Part shown: positions 19,129-28,356 of the stretch, piece after piece
Layout: every line of letters begins with the position of its first letter
Position numbering within the stretch: the first letter of the stretch is position 1
Source: an uncultured Gemmatimonadaceae bacterium
GTDB lineage: Bacteria > Gemmatimonadota > Gemmatimonadetes > Gemmatimonadales > Gemmatimonadaceae
Length of the DNA stretch: 64,000 nt
Direction: 5' to 3'
Assembly: GCA_963740355.1 (NCBI GenBank)
Contig: CAVUDW010000003.1
Location: 1,600,001 to 1,664,000, forward strand
Translations under genes and position numbers: made by a program
Notes under the pieces: generated by a model
Told to the model about the DNA's origin: nothing
Databases searched by the model: none
The model's input: only the letters and a program-made list of their open reading frames with translations

Positions 19129-20310
19129 ATGCTGATCCACGTCGACCTCGTCGTCGTGTACATGATCATCTGTATCGTGCAGGGCGCCACCGCTGCCGGC
19201 ATGCTGCTCGCGCACGGCCGGACACGCCCTTCCGCGCGCTGGACGGCGCTCTGGCTTCTGGCCGTGACACTGCAGGTCATCGACTACACCCTGAGCCGAA
19301 GTGGGACGTACTATCGTCACCACGAGCTGTACTTCCTGCCTCTTTTCTACACGCTGGCGCTGGGCCCCCTGCTGTTCGGTTCCGTTCGCAGCGCACGGAC
19401 GACGGAGGCTTCGCTGGGACCCGTGCACTTCATCCCAGTGGTCGTCCAGGCGGCGTTCTACGTGATCATGTGCGTGCAGCCGGTCGAGACGAAGGCGCAG
19501 GTGTGGATGTCGCTGCACAAGCCCGTCACGCGGTGGCTGGAGTATTACGGCGCGCTGGTGTCCCTCGGCCTCTACCTGGCCGCAGCGTGGCGACTAGTCG
19601 GTGGCGACGAACCGGCTGCGCGGCGCCTGCGGCAGGGTGGCAGCGTGACCGCTGTCTTTCTCGGCGCGTCCGCCATCGACCCGCTCGTGAACGCGCACTA
19701 CCTGCCCGTCGGCGCGCCGCGCTTCTGGCTGTTTTCCCTCGGGCTGCCGCTGCTCGGCGGCGCGGTGGCACTCTGGGCGATGTTCGGTGCCCAGGTCCAG
19801 CAGGCCGCCGGACTGCTCGGGCTCCGTGAGCCGTCGATGCCGTCGGATCCGGACCCCGTCGCACCCGCTGCCGCCGGAATCAATGAAGCCCGCCGGGCAC
19901 CCGATCCAGCGCTGGTGGCGCGTCTCCGTACGGCGCTCGAGCGCGACCGAGTGTACCGCGATTCCGAACTCACCCTCGATGCCTTGGCGGCGCGCGTCGG
20001 GGTGTCAGCGAACGTCGCCTCGCAGGCACTGAATGCGGGGCTGGGCGGGTCATTCAGCGAACTGATCAACCGGTTTCGCCTCGCCGATGTCATGACGGCG
20101 CTGGATCGGCAGGATGTTCGGTCACACAGTGTGCTCGCGGTGGCGTTTGCGGCGGGCTTCAACTCGAAGTCCACCTTCAATCGCGTCTTCAGGGCGCACA
20201 CGGGGATGACGCCGCGCGAGTACCGGAACCGACCGCCGGCAGGGCGCGACGCCGGCCCCGGCGACACGGCACGTCCCGCGACAGGTCCCGACTTCCACGC
20301 GAGCGCGTGA
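19129..20310 (+). CDS. Membrane-anchored AraC family regulator
   Basis: Several N-terminal TM helices; C-terminal YRDSELTLDALA...AGFNSKSTFNRVFRAHTGMTPREYR. Confidence 0.9.
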   Translation: MLIHVDLVVVYMIICIVQGATAAGMLLAHGRTRPSARWTALWLLAVTLQVIDYTLSRSGTYYRHHELYFLPLFYTLALGPLLFGSVRSARTTEASLGPVHFIPVVVQAAFYVIMCVQPVETKAQVWMSLHKPVTRWLEYYGALVSLGLYLAAAWRLVGGDEPAARRLRQGGSVTAVFLGASAIDPLVNAHYLPVGAPRFWLFSLGLPLLGGAVALWAMFGAQVQQAAGLLGLREPSMPSDPDPVAPAAAGINEARRAPDPALVARLRTALERDRVYRDSELTLDALAARVGVSANVASQALNAGLGGSFSELINRFRLADVMTALDRQDVRSHSVLAVAFAAGFNSKSTFNRVFRAHTGMTPREYRNRPPAGRDAGPGDTARPATGPDFHASA

Positions 20311-20388
20311 GCACGTCCCACCCTACACATTGGGGCGCAAACGCCGCAGCACACGCGCACTGTTGGGCATGACCCCTCCACCGCCACC

Positions 20389-22299
20389 ATGCCCATGCTC
20401 CAAATGATGCACCCATGTCGCCGGACGATCACGCTCCTGACCGCCGGCACAGCCATTGTCGCCAGCGGTAGTGCCACGCCGCTCGCCGCGCAGCGAGCTG
20501 ACCTCGCGGCGGACATCCGCCGCGTCGAAACCAGCCTCGCCCCGAACGTCCCCGTGGCCAGCATGCCGGGCTGGCGACTCGAAGACCGCATGCGCGTGCA
20601 TGGGGTGCCGGGCGTCAGCATCGCCGTGATCCGGAACTATCGGGTCGTGTGGGCCAAGGGCTACGGTGTGGCCGATTCGGCCACGAAGCGTCGTGTGACA
20701 CCGTTCACCGTGTTTTCGGCCGGGTCGATCTCGAAGTTCGCCACGGCCATCGTTGCACTGCGCTTGGCGGCGGAACGCCGCGTCTCGCTCGACGCCCCGA
20801 TCAACACGATCCTCACGCACTGGAAACTGCCCGAGTCGGAGCGCACGGCCGCGCGCCCCGTCACCCTCGCGCTGCTGTTGAGTCATCGGGGTGGCACGAG
20901 CCAGTCGTCCTACTTCGGGTTTGCGCCACGCTCTGCGGGTGACCGGACGCCGTACCCGTCCGTAGTAGACGTTCTGCAGGGGGCGCCGGGCACGGAGAGC
21001 CGACCCGTCGTGGTGAACCAGCCGGTCGGGGAAGGGTTTGCGTACTCCGGCGGCGGGTACATGGTGGCTCAGCTGGCGCTCACTGACGCCACCGGCCGCG
21101 CGCCCGACGCGTACGCCGCGCTGGCGGCTGAAACGGTATTCACGCCACTCGGCATGCGTTCGAGCACCTTCGCGCAGCCGCTGCCGCCGTCGTTCGCGTC
21201 GCGCGCGGCGTGGGCCTACTCCGACGCGCCGTGGTTCCTCGGCATGCCGTACGTCTACCCGCAGCAGGCGCCGGCCGGCCTGTACGCGACCCCCACCGAT
21301 CTCGCGCAACTCGTCATCGAGGTGCAGCAGGCGTATCGCGGCCGGGGACGGCTCCTCGATTCGAGCGACGTGCATCGCATGCTGACGCCGCAGGCGGATG
21401 TCTCGCTCGGCGCGTACCGGGAGCAGATCGGCCTCGGCGCATTCCTGTTCCAGCGGGCCGACCGTTCAGGCGATGCGACGCGCTACTTCGAGCACATGGG
21501 CGTCAACGCCGGGTTCATCGCCTACGCCATGGGCAGCGTCACCGGTGGGAACGGCGTCGTCATCATGATGAACAACGACGGGGGCGCGGCGGAACTCGGA
21601 CGTGAGATCCGGCGCGCTGTCGCCAAGGCGTACGGCTGGCCGGGGTTCCTGCTGGATCCGCTGCGGCCTGTGCGCGGCGCATCGACCCTACTCGCGGACA
21701 TAGAGGGCCGCTACCAGCGAGGCCCGGACGCGGTGCTGCAGTTTCGTCGGGGACGTGGCGAGTTCGCGGCATACCTCGAGGAAGTTATCTCGGAGGGCCT
21801 CGGCGTCGGCGCGCCGATTCTTGCCGTGCCCATCGGGCATGATTCCATCGGCTTCACTGACTTTCCCGGCACCGCAGTCGTGCAGCGCGACAGCGTCGGG
21901 CGCGTCATCGGCCTGCGCATCCCGTATGCAGACCGTCCGATCCCGAAGCTGACGCCGGACCACCAGCTGCCGGGCGAGCTGTTGCGCGCGGGGCGATGGC
22001 CGGAGGCGGAGGCGGCCTACCGCGAACTCGCGCTGGACGAGTCCCGCATCACCTACATGGCGTACACACTGCTACGACGCCGACCGGCGAAGGACCATGA
22101 CCTGCAGTCGGCGCGCGTGTTGCTCACCGTGGCCGATGCGCAGCACCCCGCGTCAGCCGTCGTCCAGGTGCGCTGGGCCGAGTATCACCTGCTGCGGCAT
22201 GACACGACGTCGGCCATTGCCGCGTATCGCGTCGCACAGGCCCGTGACTCGAGCGACGCGAGCATCCGCGACGCGATCCATCGGCTCGGCAAACGCTGA
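20389..22299 (+). CDS. Serine hydrolase, beta-lactamase class C-like family, with TPR-like C-terminus
   Basis: VPGVSIAV, SISK (SxxK), LLSHRGG, FAYSGGGY, HMG. Confidence 0.9.
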   Translation: MPMLQMMHPCRRTITLLTAGTAIVASGSATPLAAQRADLAADIRRVETSLAPNVPVASMPGWRLEDRMRVHGVPGVSIAVIRNYRVVWAKGYGVADSATKRRVTPFTVFSAGSISKFATAIVALRLAAERRVSLDAPINTILTHWKLPESERTAARPVTLALLLSHRGGTSQSSYFGFAPRSAGDRTPYPSVVDVLQGAPGTESRPVVVNQPVGEGFAYSGGGYMVAQLALTDATGRAPDAYAALAAETVFTPLGMRSSTFAQPLPPSFASRAAWAYSDAPWFLGMPYVYPQQAPAGLYATPTDLAQLVIEVQQAYRGRGRLLDSSDVHRMLTPQADVSLGAYREQIGLGAFLFQRADRSGDATRYFEHMGVNAGFIAYAMGSVTGGNGVVIMMNNDGGAAELGREIRRAVAKAYGWPGFLLDPLRPVRGASTLLADIEGRYQRGPDAVLQFRRGRGEFAAYLEEVISEGLGVGAPILAVPIGHDSIGFTDFPGTAVVQRDSVGRVIGLRIPYADRPIPKLTPDHQLPGELLRAGRWPEAEAAYRELALDESRITYMAYTLLRRRPAKDHDLQSARVLLTVADAQHPASAVVQVRWAEYHLLRHDTTSAIAAYRVAQARDSSDASIRDAIHRLGKR

Positions 22300-22646
22300 G
22301 ACGAGCGCGACGCAGTTCCGACCCCATCAGCGCTTGGAGCACCGCTGAAAGATCTCCAACGCCTGCGGCGTCCCGGGGGCATCGATCTACCAATGGGCCC
22401 AGTGCAGGACAGGCACCGCCGTCGATCTGCTGTCAGAACACTTTCGATGTCCCTTTGTCAGAGAACTTCGTGATCGACCATGCGACACTCCAGGGTCACG
22501 GCGGCGGGAACGCCATGACGGAGCACACGACGATTCGACGACCCGAGCCCGTTCCTGCCGTGCGGTGCTGCAGCAGGCGAATAAGCTGACGCACGGTGGC
22601 GACGACTGCGGTCACACAGGTTGTGACTCTTCATGATCGCAGCCGC

Positions 22647-22692
22647 AAACAGAAACCCCGGCGGCGCCTAAGTGCAGGCACCGCCGGGCTTT
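22647..22692 (-). terminator. Intrinsic terminator of tRNA-Gln
   Basis: Minus strand AAAGCCCGGCGGTGCCT-gcactt-AGGCGCCGCCGGGGTTTCTGTTT. Confidence 0.8.
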
Positions 22693-22697
22693 CCGTA

Positions 22698-22770
22698 TTG
22701 CCCCTCCTGGGCTCGAACCAGGACTCTTCTGATCCAGAATCAGACATGTTGCCAGTTACACCAAGGGGCA
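22698..22770 (-). tRNA. tRNA-Gln (CTG), CCA not encoded
   Basis: Acceptor stem TGCCCCT...AGGGGCA; anticodon arm TCTGA-TTCTGGA-TCAGA; T arm CCTGG-TTCGAGC-CCAGG. Confidence 0.97.
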
Positions 22771-22807
22771 CCACAACCCGACCACCTCGCGGCCGCCGGA
22801 TTCATCA

Positions 22808-22836
22808 AAACTAGACCCCACAACACCCGGCTTCAA
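22808..22836 (-). promoter_or_regulatory. Probable tRNA-Gln promoter
   Basis: Minus strand TTGAAG-17 bp-TAGTTT. Confidence 0.55.
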
Positions 22837-22930
22837 GGGGACACGACAGTTCCACCACAATCCACTGCGATCCGTCACAATCCCGGCCTGCTGAGTCGGA
22901 CACCCGCCCTGCCCGGCTAACTTGCGAGCA

Positions 22931-24268
22931 GTGACCCGTCTTCTCCGATACACCCGACCCGCCGCCTTCCTCCTCCTCGGCGCTTTCCTCACTACCGCCT
23001 GCCGGCCCGGATGGGACGCCCTCGGCGCTTCCCCACCGCAGGCACAGGCCAACGGCGTCACCTTTGCCGAAGCCCTGCACCGCCGCTACCTCGGCGTCGA
23101 GCGGGCACCGTTCTACGCCGCGGCCCGCGTCAAACTCGGCAAACGCGCCCTCTCGCCATCCGGTGTGTTCGATGACACCACCGCGTGGACGTCGCGACCG
23201 GATGCGAAGAACCGCTTCCTGATGGCGGAAGGGGTCTCGACCTCGGATGGCCGCTACCGCTTCACGCCTCGCGCCAACGCACCGTTCCCTGATCGACTCG
23301 CCGATGCACGACATCTCACGCAACTCACCAAGCTCGCCAACGACGGCGAATACGAGTGGCGGACGACCGTGGACTTCGCGCTCGGCACACTGACACCAAC
23401 CGATTGGGGCAACGGCTTTCGCGCGCTGCTCGGGAGCGCCGAAGGACGCAGCGATGGTGACCTGCGCGCCGATGTGCGCAGCACGATGCCGCGCACGACT
23501 GCCGCACTCGGCCGCATGTTTTCGCTCGACACGCTGCATGCGCAACGGCTTTCCGACGGATCGACGGCAGTGACGATCGTGACTGACGTCCACCCGGAAT
23601 GGCTGAAGAAGGAATTCCCGCTGTACTCGAAGTTCATCGAGAAATACGTCGGCCCCGCGGCGTACCACATCGTGTTGCGCGATGCACGCGGCTCGCGATG
23701 GGTCGACGTCAACGCGACCGATCGCGGGCTGACGCTGAAGCTGCGTGTGCTGCACGGCGGCCTGGTGCCGCTGGACGGCACCACACAGCCGATGCCCGAC
23801 ACGCTGCGGCTGACGATGGACGCGAGCACGAAGTATTCGATCTTCACGATCGGCATGCGCGGCATGCAGGGCACGGTGGTGTTCCTGCGCAGCGCGAATG
23901 AGCGGGGCTGGGCGCTCCGGTTCGACAAGGCACCCGAATGGCAGCTACCGCTCTTCACCGGATCGATGCTGCGCACGCCATTGCGACGGCCCTTCGATCA
24001 GGGTGGCATCGTGGGCAAGGTGTCGTTCCGGCTCGGTGCGGGCGGCCAGACCTACATCACGCGAGACTTTCGCGTTGCGGTGCAGGAGTCGGCCGTCACC
24101 CGCTTTCTGGGCGGGTTGAGCGGGTCGGCCTTCAGCGAGTTCGATGGGCCAGCGGAGAAGGAAGAAAATCGCTTCAATGCCGAGCTATTCCAGGCGATGC
24201 GCGATGACCTGCGCGGGCTGCGCTACGGCGCGGGATCTCTGGTCAGTCCGTTGCGCGTAGGACCGTGA
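22931..24268 (+). CDS. Hypothetical lipoprotein
   Basis: Lipobox TTAC; long ORF with host-like codon usage; no family recognised. Confidence 0.75.
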   Translation: MTRLLRYTRPAAFLLLGAFLTTACRPGWDALGASPPQAQANGVTFAEALHRRYLGVERAPFYAAARVKLGKRALSPSGVFDDTTAWTSRPDAKNRFLMAEGVSTSDGRYRFTPRANAPFPDRLADARHLTQLTKLANDGEYEWRTTVDFALGTLTPTDWGNGFRALLGSAEGRSDGDLRADVRSTMPRTTAALGRMFSLDTLHAQRLSDGSTAVTIVTDVHPEWLKKEFPLYSKFIEKYVGPAAYHIVLRDARGSRWVDVNATDRGLTLKLRVLHGGLVPLDGTTQPMPDTLRLTMDASTKYSIFTIGMRGMQGTVVFLRSANERGWALRFDKAPEWQLPLFTGSMLRTPLRRPFDQGGIVGKVSFRLGAGGQTYITRDFRVAVQESAVTRFLGGLSGSAFSEFDGPAEKEENRFNAELFQAMRDDLRGLRYGAGSLVSPLRVGP

Positions 24269-24300
24269 CGTGGACGCCGGCGACACGACCGGATACGACG

Positions 24301-24333
24301 AGGGGCGACAAATCCATTGGATTCATCGCCCCT
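24301..24333. terminator. Hairpin between convergent lipoprotein gene and tRNA-Ala
   Basis: AGGGGCGA...TCGCCCCT outer stem with AATCCA/TGGATT inner stem. Confidence 0.5.
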
Positions 24334-24421
24334 GCAATCAGCTGGGCCACGCGCGCTGTCATTGGAACTCTCCGTCCTACCGAACAGCGGCGGGCATATT
24401 TGCTCTGTCAATCACACAATG

Positions 24422-24494
24422 TGGAGCTGAGGGGAATCGAACCCCTGACCTCTGCAGTGCGATTGCAGCGCTCTACCAACTGAGCTACAGCCCC
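24422..24494 (-). tRNA. tRNA-Ala (CGC)
   Basis: GGGGCTGTAGCTCAGTTGGTAGAGCG-CTGCA-ATCGCAC-TGCAG-AGGTCAGGGGTTCGATTCCCCTCAGCTCCA. Confidence 0.97.
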
Positions 24495-24681
24495 GACTCT
24501 GTAGGCGCCTGACCGAAACATTGTATCGGCACCTCGCACAGTCAAGTGAAGCTATCCACCCAGGCCCATCCGGTCAACTGTCCCGGGTCGCTGGGGGAAC
24601 TTCAGCTGTTGCACGAACATCTGTACCCCAGACGCTCCAAGAGTTCCAAAGGAAACATCCTTTTCCCGCACGCCGGCCTCA

Positions 24682-26091
24682 ATGCACCAACTCGACTCCC
24701 AGTTCGTCCAGGATCAGCTGGCCCTCCGTACGGTCCCGATCAACGGCCTCCGGCTGGTACCCGAGGCAGAGTACGTCCTCTACTGGATGCAGAGCACGCA
24801 GCGGCTGGAGGAGAACTGGGCCCTGCGCCAGGCGACGCTCGAGGCGGACCGACTGGGCAAGCCGCTCGTGATCTACCAAGGGCTGAATCCGCACTACGAG
24901 TTTGCCAGCGACCGCACCCACGCGATGATCGTGGGCAATGCAGTGGAGCTTGAACGCCGCGCCAAGGAGCTGGGGTATACCTATCTCTTCCACCTGCGTC
25001 ACACCGTGGTGGGCGACAATCGCGTCGTGGACCGGCTAGCTGCTCGGGCCGTGATGGTCGTGACGGACGCCTTCCCGACCGCTGGAATCGACGCGCGATC
25101 GGGGCGTGTCGCCGCCCGGCTTCCCTGCCGGATGTTGGCGGTGGAGTCACATGCGGTGGTGCCCGCTGCAGCCTTCCAGAAGGAGGAATACGCGGCGCGC
25201 ACCATTCGCCCCAAGATCGCGAAGCTGCGCGACCTGTCGCTGGAGCCGGTGCAGGATCAGCCGCCGAAAAAGGCAGTCAGCGCCAAGCTGCGCGCGTCAC
25301 TGGATGTCGACGCGCTGGCCCTCTCGAAGATCGACGTCGCGAGCGAGATCGCCCGCTGTGCGATCGATCATTCGGTCGGCGCGGTAGAGGGCACAAAACC
25401 CGGCTACGCAGCGGCCCGGGCTCGCCTCGACGCCTTCTGTGGCGATGCGCTTCAGGACTACGCCGAACGCCGCAACGATCCCGGCGATACCGACGGGTCG
25501 AGCCGACTCTCGCCGTACCTGCATTTCGGTCAGATCAGCGCTGCTGAAGTCGCGCGGACCGTGCGCGATCGCGGGGCACCAGAGCAGGTGGAGAAGTTCT
25601 ACGACGAACTGCTCACGTGGCGAGAACTGTCGCTGAATTTCTGCGTTCGCAATCGTGCCTTTGCTTCGCTGGACGGGCTGCCGAACTGGGTCCGTGAGAA
25701 CATGGCACGGCACGCCGGGGACAAGCGCGACTTCGTGTATGACCTAGCCACCTTCGAGGCTGCGGCGACGCACCATCCGCTCTGGAATGCGGCACAGCGC
25801 GAGCTGATGGCGACGGGATCCATCCACAACGTGATGCGGATGTACTGGGGCAAGTACATCGTGCTCTGGAGCGCCAGCTTCGAGGAGGCGTTGTCGATCA
25901 TGATCACGCTCAACAACAAGTACGGGCTCGATGGGCGCGATCCCAGCAGCTACGGCGGGATCCAGTGGTGCCTTGGCAAGTTCGATCGGCCGTGGACGCG
26001 ACGACCGGTGCTGGGCACGATCCGTTACATGTCGATCGACCTCGCCTACAAGAAGTTCGATGCGAGGACGTACGAGCGGCGCTGGAGCTGA
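24682..26091 (+). CDS. phr: Class II CPD photolyase
   Basis: YVLYWMQ..QR, SRLSPYLHFGQIS, WRELSLNF, MRMYWGK, LDGRDPSSYGGIQWCLGKFDRPW. Confidence 0.93.
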   Translation: MHQLDSQFVQDQLALRTVPINGLRLVPEAEYVLYWMQSTQRLEENWALRQATLEADRLGKPLVIYQGLNPHYEFASDRTHAMIVGNAVELERRAKELGYTYLFHLRHTVVGDNRVVDRLAARAVMVVTDAFPTAGIDARSGRVAARLPCRMLAVESHAVVPAAAFQKEEYAARTIRPKIAKLRDLSLEPVQDQPPKKAVSAKLRASLDVDALALSKIDVASEIARCAIDHSVGAVEGTKPGYAAARARLDAFCGDALQDYAERRNDPGDTDGSSRLSPYLHFGQISAAEVARTVRDRGAPEQVEKFYDELLTWRELSLNFCVRNRAFASLDGLPNWVRENMARHAGDKRDFVYDLATFEAAATHHPLWNAAQRELMATGSIHNVMRMYWGKYIVLWSASFEEALSIMITLNNKYGLDGRDPSSYGGIQWCLGKFDRPWTRRPVLGTIRYMSIDLAYKKFDARTYERRWS

Positions 26092-26116
26092 GCGCGGGGC
26101 TTGGTCATGGGTATGA

Positions 26117-26153
26117 CAAAGGGCGCTCCGTCACCGAGTCGGAGCACCCTTTG
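26117..26153. terminator. Bidirectional terminator hairpin
   Basis: CAAAGGGCGCTCCG...CGGAGCACCCTTTG between convergent genes. Confidence 0.65.
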
Positions 26154-26234
26154 CAGTAGTTTCGTTCGAGACCATCGACGTCAACCTGTGGCAGTGCTGT
26201 GCGCGCAGGGTGGGTCGAGGATCATTCCAGCGAA

Positions 26235-26534
26235 CTAGCGCCGTGTCTCGTCGGTACCACCGCGACGGTTGCGGCTACGTGCGCCGCCGCCTTCCCGGCC
26301 GATCGAGGCCATGTGAGCGCGATCGCGACTGACGATCTCGCCACCCTTTTTGCCGGCATTGCGGGCTTCGTCGCGGGACCACTCGTGCGCGGTACCCTTG
26401 GCATGTGCCGCCCGACCGCCCTTGGAGGCGATTTCCTTCTGTCGGTTCGGATCCATGCTGGCGAACCCTCGCGTGCTCTTTCGCGGCTTTTCGTCGCCCA
26501 TAGGCGACGAGCCGCGGTCCATCGTCTCTGCCAT
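26235..26534 (-). CDS. KGG-repeat general stress protein
   Basis: RGFASMDPNRQKEIASKGG, EARNAGKKGG, IGREGG; AGGAGG RBS. Confidence 0.9.
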   Translation of the reverse strand: MAETMDRGSSPMGDEKPRKSTRGFASMDPNRQKEIASKGGRAAHAKGTAHEWSRDEARNAGKKGGEIVSRDRAHMASIGREGGGARSRNRRGGTDETRR

Positions 26535-26910
26535 GCAGCGTCCTCCTGCCCCGTGAAAGGTTGCCACTCGTGGCGCCTGGCTGGAGTCAGTCGTGTCACG
26601 CGCCTCCTGCGAGCCCCCTCCGCTTCCAGCTGGGGTGCAGCCGAGCCGTGCACAACCGAAAACCGCCCTGTCAGCTCCGGCGACGATGGCTGTTACACCG
26701 TCTCCAAGCTCCATGAGTGCGACTGCCAAACGCCGACCCCGACGTCTGTACAGCGTCCTACGGGGCTCATCCCATGCAGGTTGCGGGCCGCTGGCCGAGC
26801 CCGCTCACCAGTTGAGGTCGTGTCCCCTGACCAAACCGACAGATTGGCCGTTTTGCCGTCCAAATCACTTACAGCCCAGTCTGGTAGAAGCGGGGAAGTA
26901 TATTCTGCCC

Positions 26911-27852
26911 ATGTCGCTCGCCATCCGCTTCCTCGGTACCTCTGCCGCACGCCCCACGGTGGAGCGGAACGTCACATCGATTGCGCTCTCCCGTGAAGGA
27001 GAAACGCTGCTCTTCGACTGTGGCGAGGGGACCCAGCGACAGATGATGCGGTACGGCGTTGGCTTCACCACCAACGAGATCTTTTTCACGCACTTCCACA
27101 CCGACCACCTCCTTGGCCTGGTCGGCCTGACGCGCACCATGGCCCTGCAGGGCCGCACCGAGGTTTTGCGCCTCTACGGCCCGGTCGGTGGGCACAAGGC
27201 GTTGCGGGCGTGCATCGCGTTTGGGGGCGAGCGCCTCACATTCCCGGTAGAAATTGCCGAGCTGGACGGCGGCGCAGTCCTCGACCGGAAGGACTACGCC
27301 ATCCATGCCATCGAAGCCGACCATCGAGGCGCGATCGCACTGGGATACGCGCTGGTCGAAAAGACGAGATTAGGACGATTCAATCCTGAATTGGCGCGGG
27401 CCATCGGCATACCCGAAGGTCCGTTGTGGGGACAACTGCATCGCGGCCTGACCGTGACCCTGCCGGATGGCCGTGAAATCGCGGCACAGACGCTGGTCGG
27501 ACAGCCACGCGCTGGGCGCAAGATCGTGATTTCTGGCGACACGCGACCAACTCGAGCGCTGCAAATAATGGCGGAACGCGCTGATATATTGGTCCATGAA
27601 GCGACCTTTGGCGATGACGAAGCGGCGCGTGCCATCGAGACCGGGCACAGCACCGCCCGTGAGGCGGCAACGCTGGCCCGTGACGCCGATGTACGCCGCC
27701 TGCTACTGACGCATTTCTCGGCGCGCTACTCGCGTGATCCCGGCGAGCTGGTGACGCAGGCGCACGAAATCTTCGGCGCCACCGTGGCCGCCCGCGACGG
27801 CCTCGAGATCGAAGTCCCGTTCGAGGCCGAGCTCTCGACACCCGTCGGCTGA
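26911..27852 (+). CDS. rnz: Ribonuclease Z
   Basis: FLGTSAARPT, LFDCGEGTQRQ, THFHTDH, GP exosite, SGDTRP, HEATF, HST, THFSARY. Confidence 0.95.
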   Translation: MSLAIRFLGTSAARPTVERNVTSIALSREGETLLFDCGEGTQRQMMRYGVGFTTNEIFFTHFHTDHLLGLVGLTRTMALQGRTEVLRLYGPVGGHKALRACIAFGGERLTFPVEIAELDGGAVLDRKDYAIHAIEADHRGAIALGYALVEKTRLGRFNPELARAIGIPEGPLWGQLHRGLTVTLPDGREIAAQTLVGQPRAGRKIVISGDTRPTRALQIMAERADILVHEATFGDDEAARAIETGHSTAREAATLARDADVRRLLLTHFSARYSRDPGELVTQAHEIFGATVAARDGLEIEVPFEAELSTPVG

Positions 27853-27876
27853 CGGGCGTCATCGCCCCTCAGGAGA

Positions 27877-28356
27877 CTAGGATCGCGAGGGATCGTCCTC
27901 GTCGGACTCCTCGATATCCAGCACGACCTCGGCGTCACGCCCTTCCCAACGCGTCACACGCTCTTCGCCCGGCTGCCACAACAGCCGCGCCGGAATGCCG
28001 TCGACGACCGCCAGCCATTCCACCTTCCCGGAACGCGGCGAGCGGCAGGTTGCACCCAGTGGGGTCAGCTCGAGGCGCAAGGCCTCGACGTCGGCGGCAC
28101 GCGTTTTCACTTCGCGCCGGGCCGTGCGTGCCAGTGCCGAATCCATATCGACATCAAATGCGGCCAATACGGTGTCGTAGCGGGTGACGGCTGCGCGCCA
28201 CGCCTCCCATGCCACGCGAAGGTCGGCCACGATGCGCGTGACCAGTGGGAGCATCTGGGTCGCCAGCTCCATCGTCATCGGTGCGGCGTCAGGACGCGGA
28301 CCGATGGCCACGGGCAGTGGACGTGCACCCGAGCTCGAATCTCCGCCGATCGTCAT
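27877..28356 (-). CDS. DUF2203-like protein
   Basis: ATQMLPLVTRIV...LGATCRSPRSGKVEW...LLWQPGE; start overlaps upstream stop. Confidence 0.6.
   Translation of the reverse strand: MTIGGDSSSGARPLPVAIGPRPDAAPMTMELATQMLPLVTRIVADLRVAWEAWRAAVTRYDTVLAAFDVDMDSALARTARREVKTRAADVEALRLELTPLGATCRSPRSGKVEWLAVVDGIPARLLWQPGEERVTRWEGRDAEVVLDIEESDEDDPSRS

Larger units (their letters stand above)
18677..22697. mobile_element. tRNA-Gln-integrated cargo segment 1 (no integrase)
   Basis: Lies between the intact tRNA-Gln 3' end and the 50-bp direct repeat. Confidence 0.75.

Noticed and set aside
22431..22470. Short direct repeat TGTCAGA..ACTT as integrase arm sites
   Set aside because: Too short, and not seen at the equivalent position of the other cassettes.
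24422..24494. tRNA-Ala as a second integration site
   Set aside because: I found no duplicate of its 3' end in the window.
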